Part shown: positions 22,701 to 36,500 of the stretch, one piece after another
How the letters are laid out: each line of letters starts with the position of its first letter
Numbering within the stretch: position 1 is the stretch's first letter
Source: Eledone cirrhosa
Taxonomy: Eukaryota
DNA length: 64,000 bases
Assembly (NCBI GenBank): GCA_964016885.1
Contig: CAXHJY010000898.1
Coordinates: 124,001-188,000, forward strand
Direction of reading: 5' to 3'
Program-made: the position numbers and the translations under genes
The notes under the pieces: model-generated
The model's database searches: none
Told to the model about the DNA's origin: nothing
What the model saw: only the letters and a program-made list of their open reading frames with translations

Positions 22701-25700
22701 TTAGGATAGCTTAGCTTAGGATAGCTTAGCTTAGGATAGCTTAGGATAGCTTAGCTTAGCTTAGCTTAGGATAGCTTAGCTTAGCTTAGCTTAGGATAGC
22801 TTAGCTTAGCTTAGCTTAGGATAGCTTAGCTTAGCTTAGCTTAGGATAGCTTAGGATAGCTTAGCTTAGGATAGCTTAGGATAGCTTAGCTTAGGATAGC
22901 TTAGGATAGCTTAGCTTAGGATAGCTTAGCTTAGGATAGCTTAGCTTAGGATAGCTTAGGATAGCTTAGCTTAGGATAGCTTAGGATAGCTTAGCTTAGG
23001 ATAGCTTAGCTTAGGATAGCTTAGGATAGCTTAGCTTAACTTAGCTTAGGATAGCTTAGCTTAGTTTAGCTTAGGATAGCTTAGCTTAGCTTAGCTTAGG
23101 ATAGCTTAGCTTAGCTTAGCTTAGGATAGCTTAGGATAGCTTAGCTTAGGATAGCTTAGGATAGCTTAGCTTAGGATAGCTTAGGATAGTTTAGCTTAGG
23201 ATAGCTTAGCTTAGGATAGCTTAGGATAGCTTAGCTTAGCTTAGCTTAGGATAGCTTAGGATAGCTTAGCTTAGGATAGCTTAGGATAGCTTAGCTTAGG
23301 ATAGATTAGGATAGCTTAGCTTAGGATAGCTTAGGATAGCTTAGCTTAGGATAGCTTAGCTTAGGATAGCTTAGCTTAGCTTAGCTTAGGATAGCTTAGC
23401 TTGGGATAGCTTAGGATAGCTTAGCTTAGGATAGCTTAGCTTAGGATAGCTTAGGATAGCTTAGCTTAGCTTAGCTTAGGATAGCTTAGCTTAGCTTAGC
23501 TTAGGATAGCTTAGCTTAGCTTAGGATAGCTTAGCTTAGCTTAGCTTAGGATAGCTTAGCTTAGCTTAGCTTAGGATTGCTTAGCTTAGCTTAGCTTAGG
23601 ATAGCTTAGCTTAGCTTAGCTTAGGATAGCTTAGCTTAGCTTAGCTTAGGATAGCTTAGCTTAGCTTAGCTTAGAATAGCTTAGCTTAGGATAGCTTAGC
23701 TTAGGATAGCTTAGCTTAGGATAGCTTAGCTTAGGATAGCTTAGGATAGCTTAGCTTAGGATAGCTTAGGATAGCTTAGCTTAGGATAGCTTAGCTTAGC
23801 TTAGCTTAGGATAGCTTAGCTTAGCTTAGGATAGCTTAGCTTAGCTTAGCTTAGGATAGCTTAGCTTAGGATAGCTTAGGAAAGCTTAGCTTAGCTTAGC
23901 TTAGGATAGCTTAGCTTAGCTTAGCTTAGGATAGCTTAGCTTAGCTTAGGATAGCTTAGCTTAGCTTAGGATAGCTTAGCTTAGCTTAGTTTAGGATAGC
24001 TTAGCTTAGCTTAGCTTAGGATAGCTTAGCTTGGCTTAGCTTAGGATAGCTTAGCTTAGCTTAGCTTAGGATAGCTTAGCTTAGGATAGCTTAGCTTAGC
24101 TTAGCTTAGGATAGCTTAGCTTAGCTTAGCTTAGGATAGCTTAGCTTAGGATAGCTTAGCTTAGCTTAGCTTAGGATAGCTTAGCATAGCTTAGCTTAGG
24201 ATAGCTTAGCTTAGCTTAGCTTAGGATAGCTTAGCTTAGCTTAGCTTAGGATAGCTTAGCTTAGCTTAGCTTAGGATAGCTTAGCTTAGCTTAGCTTAGG
24301 ATAGCTTAGCTTAGCTTAGCTTAGGATAGCTTAGCATAGCTTAGCTTAGGATAGCTTAGCTTAGCTTAGCTTAGGATAGCTTAGCTTAGCTTAGGATAGC
24401 TTAGCTTAGCTTGGCTTAGGATAGCTTAGCTTAGCTTGGCTTAGGATAGCTTAGCTTAGCTCAGCTTAGGATAGCTTAGCTTAGGATAGCTTAGGATAGC
24501 TTAGCTTAGCTTAGCTTAGGATAGCTTAGCTTAGTTTAGGATAGCTTAGCTTAGCTTAGCTTAGGATAGCTTAGGATAGCTTAGCTTAGGATAGCTTAGG
24601 ATAGCTTAGCTTAGGATAGCTTAGGATAGCTTAGCTTAGGATAGCTTAGGATAGCTTAGGTTAGGATAGCTTAGCTTAGGATAGCTTAGGATAGCTTAGC
24701 TTAGGATAGCTTAGGATAGCTTAGCTTAGGATAGCTTAGGATAGCTTAGCTTAGGATAGCTTAGCTTAGGATAGCTTAGGAAAGCTTAGCTTAGCTTAGC
24801 TTAGGATAGCTTAGCTTAGCTTAGCTTAGGATAGCTTAGCTTAGCTTAGCTTAGGATAGCTTAGGATAGCTTAGCTTAGGATAGCTTAGGATAGCTTAGC
24901 TTAGGATAGCTTAGCTTAGGATAGCTTAGCTTAGGATAGCTTAGGATAGCTTAGCTTAGGATAGCTTAGGATAGCTTAGCTTAGGATAGCTTAGCTTAGG
25001 ATAGCTTAGGATAGCTTAGCTTAGCTTAGCTTAGGATAGCTTAGCTTAGCTTAGGATAGCTTAGCTTAGCTTAGCTTAGCTTAGGATAGCTTAGCTTAGC
25101 TTAGGATAGCTTAGGATAGCTTAGCTTAGGATAGCTTAGGATAGCTTAGCTTAGGATAGCTTAGGATAGCTTAGCTTAGGATAGCTTAGGATAGCTTAGC
25201 TTAGGATAGCTTAGCTTAGGATAGCTTAGCTTAGCTTAGCTTAGGATAGCTTAGCTTAGGATAGCTTAGGATATCTTAGGTTAGGATAGCTTAGCTTAGG
25301 ATAGCTTAGGATAGATTAGCTTAGCTTAGCTTAGGATAGCTTAGCTTAGCTTAGCTTAGGATAGCTTAGCTTAGCTTAGGATAGCTTAGCTTAGCTTAGC
25401 TTAGGATAGCTTAGCTTAGCTTAGCTTAGGATAGCTTAGCTTAGCTTAGGATAGCTTAGCTTAGCTTAGCTTAGGATAGCTTAGCTTTGCTTAGGATAGC
25501 TTAGCTTAGCTTAGCTTAGGATAGCTTAGCTTAGCTTAGCTTAGGATAGCTTAGCTTAGCTTAGCTTAGGATAGCTTAGGATAGCTTAGCTTAGGATAAC
25601 TTAGCTTAGCTTAGCTTAGGATAGCTTAGCTTAGCTTAGCTTAGGATAGCTTAGCTTAGCTTAGCTTAGGATAGCTTAGCTTAGCTTAGGATAGCTTAGC

Positions 25701-27450
25701 TTAGCTTAGCTTAGGATAGCTTAGCTTAGCTTAGCTTAGGATAGCTTAGCTTAGGATAGCTTAGCTTAGGATAGCTTAGCTTAGGTTAGCTTAGCTTAGC
25801 TTAGCTTAGGATAGCTTAGGATAGCTTAGCTTAGGATAACTTAGCTTAGCTTAGCTTAGGATAGCTTAGCTTAGCTTAGCTTAGGATAGCTTAGCTTAGC
25901 TTAGCTTAGGATAGCTTAGCTTAGGATAGCTTAGGATTGCTTAGCTTAGCTTAGCTTAGGATAGCTTAGCTTAGCTTAGGATAGCTTAGCTTAGCTTAGG
26001 ATAGCTTAGCTTAGCTTAGCTTAGGATAGCTTAGCTTAGCTTAGCTTAGGATAGCTTAGCTTAGCTTAGCTTAGGATAGCTAAGGATAGCTTAGGATAGC
26101 TTAGCTTAGCTTAGCTTAGGATAGCTTAGCTTAGCTTAGGATAGCTTAGCTTAGCTTAGCTTAGGATAGCTTAGCTTAGCTTAGGATAGCTTAGCTTAGC
26201 TTAGCTTAGGATAGCTTAGCTTAGCTTAGCTTAGGATAGCTTAGCTTAGCTTAGCTTAGGATAGCTTAGCTTAGCTTAGCTTAGGATAGCTTAGCTTAGC
26301 TTAGCTTAGGATAGATTAGCTTAGCTTAGGATAGCTTAGCTTAGCTTAGCTTAGGAAAGCTTAGCTTAGCTTAGGATAGCTTAGCTTAGCTTAGCTTAGG
26401 AGAGCTTAGCTTAGCTTAGCTTAGGATAGCTTAGCTTAGCTTAGCTTAGGATAGCTTAGCTTAGCTTAGGTAGCTTAGCTTAGCTTAGCTTAGGATAGCT
26501 TAGCTTAGCTTAGCTTAGCTTAGGATAGCTTAGCTTAGCTTAGCTTAGGAGAGCTTAGCTTAGCTTAGCTTAGGGTAGCTTAGGATAGCTTAGCTTAGGA
26601 TAGCTTAGGATAGCTTACCTTAGGAGAGCTTAGCTTAGGATAGCTTAGCTTAGGATAGCTTAGGATAGCTTAGCTTAGGATAGCTTAGCTTAGGATAGCT
26701 TAGCTTAGGATAGCTTAGGATAGCTTAGCTTAGCTTAGCTTAGGATAGCTTAGCTTAGCTTAGCTTAGGATAGCTTAGCTTAGGTTAGCTTAGCTTAGCT
26801 TAGCTTAGCTTAGGATAGCTTAGCTTAGGATAGCTTAGGATAGCTTAGGATAGCTTAGCTTAGGATAGCTTAGCTTAGGATAGCTTAGGATAGCTTAGCT
26901 TAGGATAGCTTAGGATAGCTTAGCTTAGGATAGCTTAGCTTAGGATAGCTTAGGATAGCTTAGCTTAGCTTAGCTTAGGATAGCTTAGCTTAGCTTAGCT
27001 TAGGATAGCTTAGCTTAGCTTAGGATTGCTTAGCTTAGCTTAGCTTAGGATAGCTTAGGATAGCTTAGCTTAGGATAGCTTAGCTTAGGATAGCTTAGGA
27101 TAGCTTAGGATAGCTTAGCTTAGCTTAGCTTAGGATAGCTTAGCTTAGCTTAGCTTAGGATAGCTTAGCTTAGCTTAGGATAGCTTAGCTTAGCTTAGGA
27201 TAGCTTAGCTTAGCTTAGCTTAGGATAGCTTAGCTTAGCTTAGCTTAGGACAGCTTAGCTTAGCTTAGCTTAGGATAGCTTAGCTTAGCTTAGGATAGCT
27301 TAGCTTAGCTTAGCTTAGGATAGCTTAGCTTAGGATAGCTTAGCTTAGGATAGCTTAGCATGGGTTAGCTTAGCTTAGCTTAGCTTAGGATAGCTTAGGA
27401 TAGCTTAGCTTAGGATAGCTTAGCTTAGCTTAGCTTAGGATAGCTTAGCT
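15925..27450 (+). repeat. Diverged higher-order copy of 1-~10050 (offset 15926 rising to ~17400 through internal indels)
   Basis: TTTAG 136/16062, CTCAG 1066/16992 and GTAG 2571/18497 are at offset 15926. Later markers: GTAG 5045/21001, GATAT 8118/25270, GTAG 9073/26470, GACAG 9857/27249. Confidence 0.85.
21145..22655 (+). repeat. 755-bp tandem duplication
   Basis: CTTAC 21145/21900/22655, CTTTG 21410/22165, GATCG 21570/22325 and CTTAA 21745/22500 are all exactly 755 bp apart. Confidence 0.9.
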
Positions 27451-30400
27451 TAGCTTAGCTTAGGATAGCTTAGCTTAGCTTAGCTTAGCTTAGGATAGCT
27501 TAGCTTAGCTTAGCTTAGGATAGCTTAGCTTAGCTTAGGATAGTTTAGCTTAGCTTAGCTTAGGATAGCTTAGCTTAGCTTAGCTTAGGATAGCTTAGCT
27601 TAGCTTAGGATAGCTTAGCTTAGCTTAGCTTAGGATAGCTTAGCTTAGCTTAGCTTAGGATAGCTTAGCTTAGCTTAGGATAGCTTAGCTTAGCTTAGGA
27701 TAGCTTAGCTTAGCTTAGCTTAGGATAGCTTAGCTTAGCTTAGCTTAGGATAGCTTAGCTTAGGATAGCTTAGCTTAGCTTAGCTTAGGATAGCTTAGCT
27801 TAGCTTAGCTTAGGATAGCTTAGCTTAGCTTAGCTTAGGATAGCTTAGCTTAGCTTAGCTTAGGATAGCTTAGCTTGGCTTAGCTTAGGATAGCTTAGCT
27901 TAGCTTAGCTTAGGATAGCTTAGCTTAGCTTAGCTTAGGATAGCTTAGCTTAGCTTAGCTTAGGATAGCTTAGCTTAGCTTAGCTTAGGATTGCTTAGCT
28001 TAGCTTGGCTTAGGATAGCTTAGCTTAGCTTGGCTTAGGATAGCTTAGCTTAGCTTAGCTTAGGATAGCTTAGCTTAGCTTAGCTTAGGATAGCTTAGCT
28101 TAGCTTAGCTTAGGATAGCTTAGCTTAGCTTAGGATAGCTTAGCTTAGTTTAGGATAGCTTAGCTTAGCTTAGCTTAGGATAGCTTAGGATAGCTTAGCT
28201 TAGGATAGCTTAGGATAGCTTAGCTTAGGATAGCTTAGGATAGCTTAGGTTAGGATAGCTTAGCTTAGGATAGCTTAGGATAGCTTAGCTTAGGATAGCT
28301 TAGGATAGCTTAGCTTAGGATAGCTTAGGATAGCTTAGCTTAGGATAGCTTAGCTTAGGATAGCTTAGGAAAGCTTAGCTTAGCTTAGCTTAGGATAGCT
28401 TAGCTTAGCTTAGCTTAGGATAGCTTAGCTTAGCTTAGCTTAGGATAGCTTAGGATAGCTTAGCTTAGGATAGCTTAGGATAGCTTAGCTTAGGATAGCT
28501 TAGCTTAGGATAGCTTAGCTTAGGATAGCTTAGCTTAGGATAGCTTAGGATAGCTTAGCTTAGGATAGCTTAGGATAGCTTAGCTTAGGATAGCTTAGCT
28601 TAGGATAGCTTAGGATAGCTTAGCTTAGCTTAGCTTAGGAAAGCTTAGCTTAGCTTAGCTTAGTATAGCTTAGCTTAGCTTAGCTTAGCTTAGGATAGCT
28701 TAGCTTAGCTTAGCTTAGGATAGCTTAGGATAGCTTAGCTTAGGATAGCTTAGGATAGCTTAGCTTAGGATAGCTTAGGATAGCTTAGCTTAGGATAGCT
28801 TAGGATAGCTTAGCTTAGGATAGCTTAGCTTAGGATAGCTTAGCTTAGCTTAGCTTAGGATAGCTTAGCTTAGGATAGCTTAGGATAGCTTAGCTTAGGA
28901 TAGCTTAGCTTAGGATAGCTTAGGATAGCTTAGCTTAGCTTAGCTTAGGATAGCTTAGCTTAGCTTAGCTTAGGATAGCTTAGCTTAGCTTAGGATAGCT
29001 TAGCTTAGCTTAGCTTAGGATAGCTTAGCTTAGCTTAGCTTAGGATAGCTTAGCTTAGCTTAGCTTAGGATAGCTTAGCTTAGCTTAGCTTAGGATAGCT
29101 TAGCTTAGCTTAGGATAGCTTAGCTTAGGATAGCTTAGGATAGCTTAGCTTAGGATAGCTTAGCTTAGGATAGCTTAGCTTAGGTTAGCTTAGCTTAGCT
29201 TAGCTTAGGATAGCTTAGGATAGCTTAGCTTAGGATAGCTTAGCTTAGCTTAGCTTAGGATAGCTTAGCTTAGCTTAGCTTAGGATAGCTTAGCTTAGCT
29301 TAGGATAGCTTAGCTTAGGATAGCTTAGGATAGCTTAGCTTAGCTTAGCTTAGGAAAGCTTAGCTTAGCTTAGCTTAGGATAGCTTAGCTTAGCTTAGGA
29401 TAGCTTAGCTTAGCTTAGCTTAGGATAGCTTAGCTTAGCTTAGCTTAGGATAGCTTAGCTTAGGTTAGCTTAGGATAGCTTAGGATAGCTTAGGATAGCT
29501 TAGCTTAGCTTAGCTTAGCTTAGGATAGCTTAGCTTAGCTTAGCTTAGGATAGCTTAGCTTAGCTTAGCTTAGGATAGCTTAGCTTAGCTTAGGATAGCT
29601 TAGCTTAGCTTAGGATAGCTTAGCTTAGCTTAGGATAGCTTAGCTTAGCTTAGCTTAGGATAGCTTAGCTTAGCTTAGCTTAGGATAGCTTAGCTTAGCT
29701 TAGCTTAGGATAGCTTAGCTTAGCTTAGCTTAGGATAGCTTAGCTTAGCTTAGCTTAGGATAGATTAGCTTAGCTTAGGATAGCTTAGCTTAGCTTAGCT
29801 TAGGAAAGCTTAGCTTAGCTTAGGATAGCTTAGCTTAGCTTAGCTTAGGAGAGCTTAGCTTAGCTTAGCTTAGGAAAACTTAGCTTAGCTTAGCTTAGCT
29901 TAGGATAGCTTAGCTTAGCTTAGCTTAGGTAGCTTAGCTTAGCTTAGCTTAGGATAGCTTAGCTTAGCTTAGCTTAGCTTAGCTTAGGATAGCTTAGCTT
30001 AGCTTAGCTTAGGAGAGCTTAGCTTAGCTTAGGATAGCTTAGGATAGCTTAGCTTAGGATAGCTTAGGATAGCTTACCTTAGGAGAGCTTAGCTTAGGAT
30101 AGCTTAGCTTAGGATAGCTTAGGATAGCTTAGCTTAGGATAGCTTAGCTTAGGATAGCTTAGCTTAGGATAGCTTAGGATAGCTTAGCTTAGCTTAGCTT
30201 AGGATAGCTTAGCTTAGCTTAGCTTAGGATAGCTTAGCTTAGGTTAGCTTAGCTTAGGATAGCTTAGGATAGCTTAGCTTAGGATAGCTTAGGATAGCTT
30301 AGCTTAGGATAGCTTAGGATAGCTTAGCTTAGGAGAGCTTAGCTTAGGATAGCTTAGGATAGCTTAGCTTAGGATAGCTTAGGATAGCTTAGCTTAGGAT

Positions 30401-33400
30401 AGCTTAGGATAGCTTAGCTTAGGATAGCTTAGCTTAGGATAGCTTAGGATAGCTTAGCTTAGCTTAGCTTAGGATAGCTTAGCTTAGCTTAGCTTAGGAT
30501 AGCTTAGCTTAGCTTAGCTTAGGATAGCTTAGCTTAGCTTAGCTTAGGATAGCTTAGGATAGCTTAGCTTAGGATAGCTTAGGATAGCTTAGCTTAGGAT
30601 AGCTTAGGATAGCTTAGGATAGCTTAGCTTAGCTTAGCTTAGGATAGCTTAGCTTAGCTTAGCTTAGGATAGCTTAGCTTAGCTTAGCTTAGGATAGCTT
30701 AGCTTAGCTTAGGATAGCTTAGCTTAGCTTAGCTTAGGATAGCTTAGCTTAGCTTAGGATAGCTTAGCTTAGCTTAGCTTAGGATAGCTTAGCTTAGCTT
30801 AGGATAGCTTAGCTTAGCTTAGCTTAGGATAGCTTAGCTTAGCTTAGCTTAGGATAGCTTAGCTTAGGATAGCTTAGCTTAGGATAGCTTAGCTTAGGTT
30901 AGCTTAGCTTAGCTTAGCTTAGGATAGCTTAGGATAGCTTAGCTTAGGATAGCTTAGCTTAGCTTAGCTTAGGATAGCTTAGCTTAGCTTAGCTTAGGAT
31001 AGCTTAGCTTAGCTTAGCTTAGGATAGCTTAGCTTAGGATAGCTTAGGATAGCTTAGCTTAGCTTAGCTTAGGATAGCTTAGCTTAGCTTAGCTTAGGAT
31101 AGCTTAGCTTAGCTTAGGATAGCTTAGCTTAGCTTAGCTTAGGATAGCTTAGCTTAGCTTAGCTTAGGATAGCTTAGCTTAGCTTAGGATAGCTTAGGAT
31201 AGCTTAGGATAGCTTAGCTTAGCTTAGCTTAGGATAGCTTAGCTTAGCTTAGCTTAGGATAGCTTAGCTTAGCTTAGCTTAGGATAGCTTAGCTTAGCTT
31301 AGGATAGCTTAGCTTAACTTAGCTTAGGATAGCTTAGCTTAGCTTAGCTTAGGATAGCTTAACTTAGCTTAGCTTAGGATAGCTTAGCTTAGCTTAGCTT
31401 AGGATAGCTTAGCTTAGCTTAGCTTAGGAGAGCTTAGCTTAGCTTAGCTTAGGATAGATTAGCTTAGCTTAGGATAGCTTAGCTTAGCTTAGCTTAGGAA
31501 AGCTTAGCTTAGCTTAGGATAGCTTAGCTTAGCTTAGCTTAGGAGAGCTTAGCTTAGCTTAGGATAGCTTAGCTTAGCTTAGCTTAGGATAGCTTAGCTT
31601 AGCTTAGCTTAGGTAGCTTAGCTTAGCTTAGCTTAGGATAGCTTAGCTTAGCTTAGCTTAGCTTAGGATAGCTTAGCTTAGCTTAGCTTAGGATAGCTTA
31701 GCTTAGCTTAGCTTAGGATAGCTTAGGATAGCTTAGCTTAGGATAGCTTAGGATAGCTTACCTTAGGAGAGCTTAGCTTAGGATAGCTTAGCTTAGGATA
31801 GCTTAGGATAGCTTAGCTTAGGATAGCTTAGCTTAGGATAGCTTAGCTTAGGATAGCTTAGGATAGCTTAGCTTAGCTTAGCTTAGGATAGCTTAGCTTA
31901 GCTTAGCTTAGGATAGCTTAGCTTAGGTTAGCTTAGCTTAGCTTAGCTTAGGATAGCTTAGCTTAGGATAGCTTAGGATAGCTTAGCTTAGGATAGCTTA
32001 GCTTAGGATAGCTTAGCTTAGCTTTGCTTAGGATAGCTTAGCTTAGCTTAGCTTAGGATAGCTTAGCTTAGCTTAGCTTAGGAAAGCTTAGCTTAGCTTA
32101 GCTTAGGATAGCTTAGCTTAGCTTAGCTTAGGATAGCTTAGCTTAGCTTAGCTTAGGATAGCTTAGCTTAGCTTAGCTTAGGATCGCTTAGCTTAGCTTA
32201 GCTTAGGATAGCTTAGCTTAGCTTAGGATAGCTTAGCTTAGCTTAGCTTAGGATAGCTTAGCTTAGCTTAGGATAGCTTAGGATAGCTTAGCTTAGGAGA
32301 GCTTAGCTTAGCTTAGCTTAGGATAGCTTAGCTTAGCTTAGCTTAGGATAGCTTAGCTTAACTTAGCTTAGGATAGCTTAGCTTAGCTTAACTTAGGATA
32401 GCTTAGCTTAGCTTAGCTTAGGATAGCTTAGCTTAGCTTAGCTTAGGATAGCTTAGCTTAGCTTAGCTTAGGATAGCTTAGGATAGCTTAGCTTAGGATA
32501 GCTTAGGATAGCTTACCTTAGGAGAGCTTAGCTTAGGATAGCTTAGCTTAGGATAGCTTAGGATAGCTTAGCTTAGGATAGCTTAGCTTAGGATAGCTTA
32601 GCTTAGGATAGCTTAGGATAGCTTAGCTTAGCTTAGCTTAGGATAGCTTAGCTTAGCTTAGCTTAGGATAGCTTAGCTTAGCTTAGCTAAGGATAGCTTA
32701 GCTTAGCTTAGCTTAGGATAGCTTAGGATAGCTTAGCTTAGGATAGCTTAGGATAGCTTAGCTTAGGATAGCTTAGGATAGCTTAGCTTAGGATAGCTTA
32801 GCTTAGGATAGCTTAGCTTAGGATAGCTTAGGATAGCTTAGCTTAGGATAGCTTAGGATAGCTTAGCTTAGGATAGCTTAGCTTAGGATAGCTTAGGATA
32901 GCTTAGCTTAACTTAGCTTAGGAAAGCTTAGCTTAGCTTAGCTTAGGATAGCTTAGCTTAGCTTAGCTTAGGATAGCTTAGCTTAGCTTAGCTTAGGATA
33001 GCTTAGGATAGCTTAGCTTAGGATAGCTTAGCTTAGGATAGCTTAGGATTGTTTAGCTTAGGATAGCTTAGCTTAGGATAGCTTAGGATAGCTTAGCTTA
33101 GCTTAGCTTAGGATAGCTTAGGATAGCTTAGCTTAGGATAGCTTAGGATAGCTTAGCTTAGGATAGATTAGGATAGCTTAGCTTAGGATAGCTTAGGATA
33201 GCTTAGCTTAGGATAGCTTAGCTTAGGATAGCTTAGCTTAGCTTAGCTTAGGATAGCTTAGCTTGGGATAGCTTAGGATAGCTTAGCTTAGGATAGCTTA
33301 GGATAGCTTAGCTTAGCTTAGCTTAGGATAGCTTAGCTTAGCTTAGCTTAGGATAGCTTAGCTTAGCTTAGGATAGCTTAGCTTAGCTTAGCTTAGGATA

Positions 33401-33559
33401 GCTTAGCTTAGCTTAGCTTAGGATTGCTTAGCTTAGCTTAGCTTAGGATAGCTTAGCTTAGCTTAGCTTAGGATAGCTTAGCTTAGCTTAGCTTAGGATA
33501 GCTTAGCTTAGCTTAGCTTAGAATAGCTTAGCTTAGGATAGCTTAGCTTAGGATAGCTT

Positions 33560-36500
33560 AGCTTAGGATAGCTTAGCTTAGGATAGCTTAGGATAGCTTA
33601 GCTTAGGATAGCTTAGGATAGCTTAGCTTAGGATAGCTTAGCTTAGCTTAGCTTAGGATAGCTTAGCTTAGCTTAGGATAGCTTAGCTTAGCTTAGCTTA
33701 GGATAGCTTAGCTTAGGATAGCTTAGGAAAGCTTAGCTTAGCTTAGCTTAGGATAGCTTAGCTTAGCTTAGCTTAGGATAGCTTAGCTTAGCTTAGGATA
33801 GCTTAGCTTAGCTTAGCTTAGGATAGCTTAGCTTAGCTTAGTTTAGGATAGCTTAGCTTAGCTTAGCTTAGGATAGCTTAGCTTGGCTTAGCTTAGGATA
33901 GCTTAGCTTAGCTTAGCTTAGGATAGCTTAGCTTAGGATAGCTTAGCTTAGCTTAGCTTAGGATAGCTTAGCTTAGCTTAGCTTAGGATAGCTTAGCTTA
34001 GGATAGCTTAGCTTAGCTTAGCTTAGGATAGCTTAGCATAGCTTAGCTTAGGATAGCTTAGCTTAGCTTAGCTTAGGATAGCTTAGCTTAGCTTAGCTTA
34101 GGATAGCTTAGCTTAGCTTAGCTTAGGATAGCTTAGCTTAGCTTAGCTTAGGATAGCTTAGCTTAGCTTAGCTTAGGATAGCTTAGCATAGCTTAGCTTA
34201 GGATAGCTTAGCTTAGCTTAGCTTAGGATAGCTTAGCTTAGCTTAGGATAGCTTAGCTTAGCTTGGCTTAGGATAGCTTAGCTTAGCTTGGCTTAGGATA
34301 GCTTAGCTTAGCTTAGGATAGCTTAGCTTAGGATAGCTTAGGATAGCTTAGCTTAGCTTAGCTTAGGATAGCTTAGCTTAGTTTAGGATAGCTTAGCTTA
34401 GCTTAGCTTAGGATAGCTTAGGATAGCTTAGCTTAGGATAGCTTAGGATAGCTTAGCTTAGGATAGCTTAGGATAGCTTAGCTTAGGATAGCTTAGGATA
34501 GCTTAGGTTAGGATAGCTTAGCTTAGGATAGCTTAGGATAGCTTAGCTTAGGATAGCTTAGGATAGCTTAGCTTAGGATAGCTTAGGATAGCTTAGCTTA
34601 GGATAGCTTAGCTTAGGATAGCTTAGGAAAGCTTAGCTTAGCTTAGCTTAGGATAGCTTAGCTTAGCTTAGCTTAGGATAGCTTAGCTTAGCTTAGCTTA
34701 GCTTAGGATAGCTTAGGATAGCTTAGCTTAGGATAGCTTAGGATAGCTTAGCTTAGGATAGCTTAGCTTAGGATAGCTTAGCTTAGGATAGCTTAGGATA
34801 GCTTAGCTTAGGATAGCTTAGGATAGCTTAGCTTAGGATAGCTTAGCTTAGGATAGCTTAGGATAGCTTAGCTTAGCTTAGCTTAGGATAGCTTAGCTTA
34901 GCTTAGGAGAGCTTAGCTTAGCTTAGCTTAGCTTAGGATAGCTTAGCTTAGCTTAGGATAGCTTAGGATAGCTTAGCTTAGGATAGCTTAGGATAGCTTA
35001 GCTTAGGATAGCTTAGGATAGCTTAGCTTAGGATAGCTTAGGATAGCTTAGCTTAGGATAGCTTAGCTTAGGATAGCTTAGCTTAGCTTAGCTTAGGATA
35101 GCTTAGCTTAGGATAGCTTAGGATATCTTAGGTTAGGATAGCTTAGCTTAGGATAGCTTAGGATAGATTAGCTTAGCTTAGCTTAGGATAGCTTAGCTTA
35201 GCTTAGCTTAGGATAGCTTAGCTTAGCTTAGGATAGCTTAGCTTAGCTTAGCTTAGGATAGCTTAGCTTAGCTTAGCTTAGGATAGCTTAGCTTAGCTTA
35301 GGATAGCTTAGCTTAGCTTAGCTTAGGATAGCTTAGCTTAGCTTAGCTTAGGATAGCTTAGCTTAGGATAGCTTAGCTTAGGATAGCTTAGCTTAGGTTA
35401 GCTTAGCTTAGCTTAGCTTAGGATAGCTTAGGATAGCTTAGCTTAGGATAACTTAGCTTAGCTTAGCTTAGGATAGCTTAGCTTAGCTTAGCTTAGGATA
35501 GCTTAGCTTAGCTTAGCTTAGGATAGCTTAGCTTAGGATAGCTTAGGATTGCTTAGCTTAGCTTAGCTTAGGATAGCTTAGCTTAGCTTAGCTTAGGATA
35601 GCTTAGCTTAGCTTAGGATAGCTTAGCTTAGCTTAGCTTAGGATAGCTTAGCTTAGCTTAGCTTAGGATAGCTTAGCTTAGCTTAGCTTAGGATAGCTTA
35701 GGATAGCTTAGGATAGCTTAGCTTAGCTTAGCTTAGGAGAGCTTAGCTTAGCTTAGGATAGCTTAGCTTAGCTTAGCTTAGGATAGCTTAGCTTAGCTTA
35801 GGATAGCTTAGCTTAGCTTAGCTTAGGATAGCTTAGCTTAGCTTAGCTTAGGATAGCTTAGCTTAGCTTAGCTTAGGATAGCTTAGCTTAGCTTAGCTTA
35901 GGATAGCTTAGCTTAGCTTAGCTTAGGATAGATTAGCTTAGCTTAGGATAGCTTAGCTTAGCTTAGCTTAGGAAAGCTTAGCTTAGCTTAGGATAGCTTA
36001 GCTTAGCTTAGCTTAGGAGAGCTTAGCTTAGCTTAGCTTAGGATAGCTTAGCTTAGCTTAGCTTAGGATAGCTTAGCTTAGCTTAGGTAGCTTAGCTTAG
36101 CTTAGCTTAGGATAGCTTAGCTTAGCTTAGCTTAGCTTAGGATAGCTTAGCTTAGCTTAGCTTAGGAGAGCTTAGCTTAGCTTAGCTTAGGATAGCTTAG
36201 GATAGCTTAGCTTAGGATAGCTTAGGATAGCTTACCTTAGGAGAGCTTAGCTTAGGATAGCTTAGCTTAGGATAGCTTAGGATAGCTTAGCTTAGGATAG
36301 CTTAGCTTAGGATAGCTTAGCTTAGGATAGCTTAGGATAGCTTAGCTTAGCTTAGCTTAGGATAGCTTAGCTTAGCTTAGCTTAGGATAGCTTAGCTTAG
36401 GTTAGCTTAGCTTAGCTTAGCTTAGCTTAGGATAGCTTAGCTTAGGATAGCTTAGGATAGCTTAGGATAGCTTAGCTTAGGATAGCTTAGCTTAGGATAG

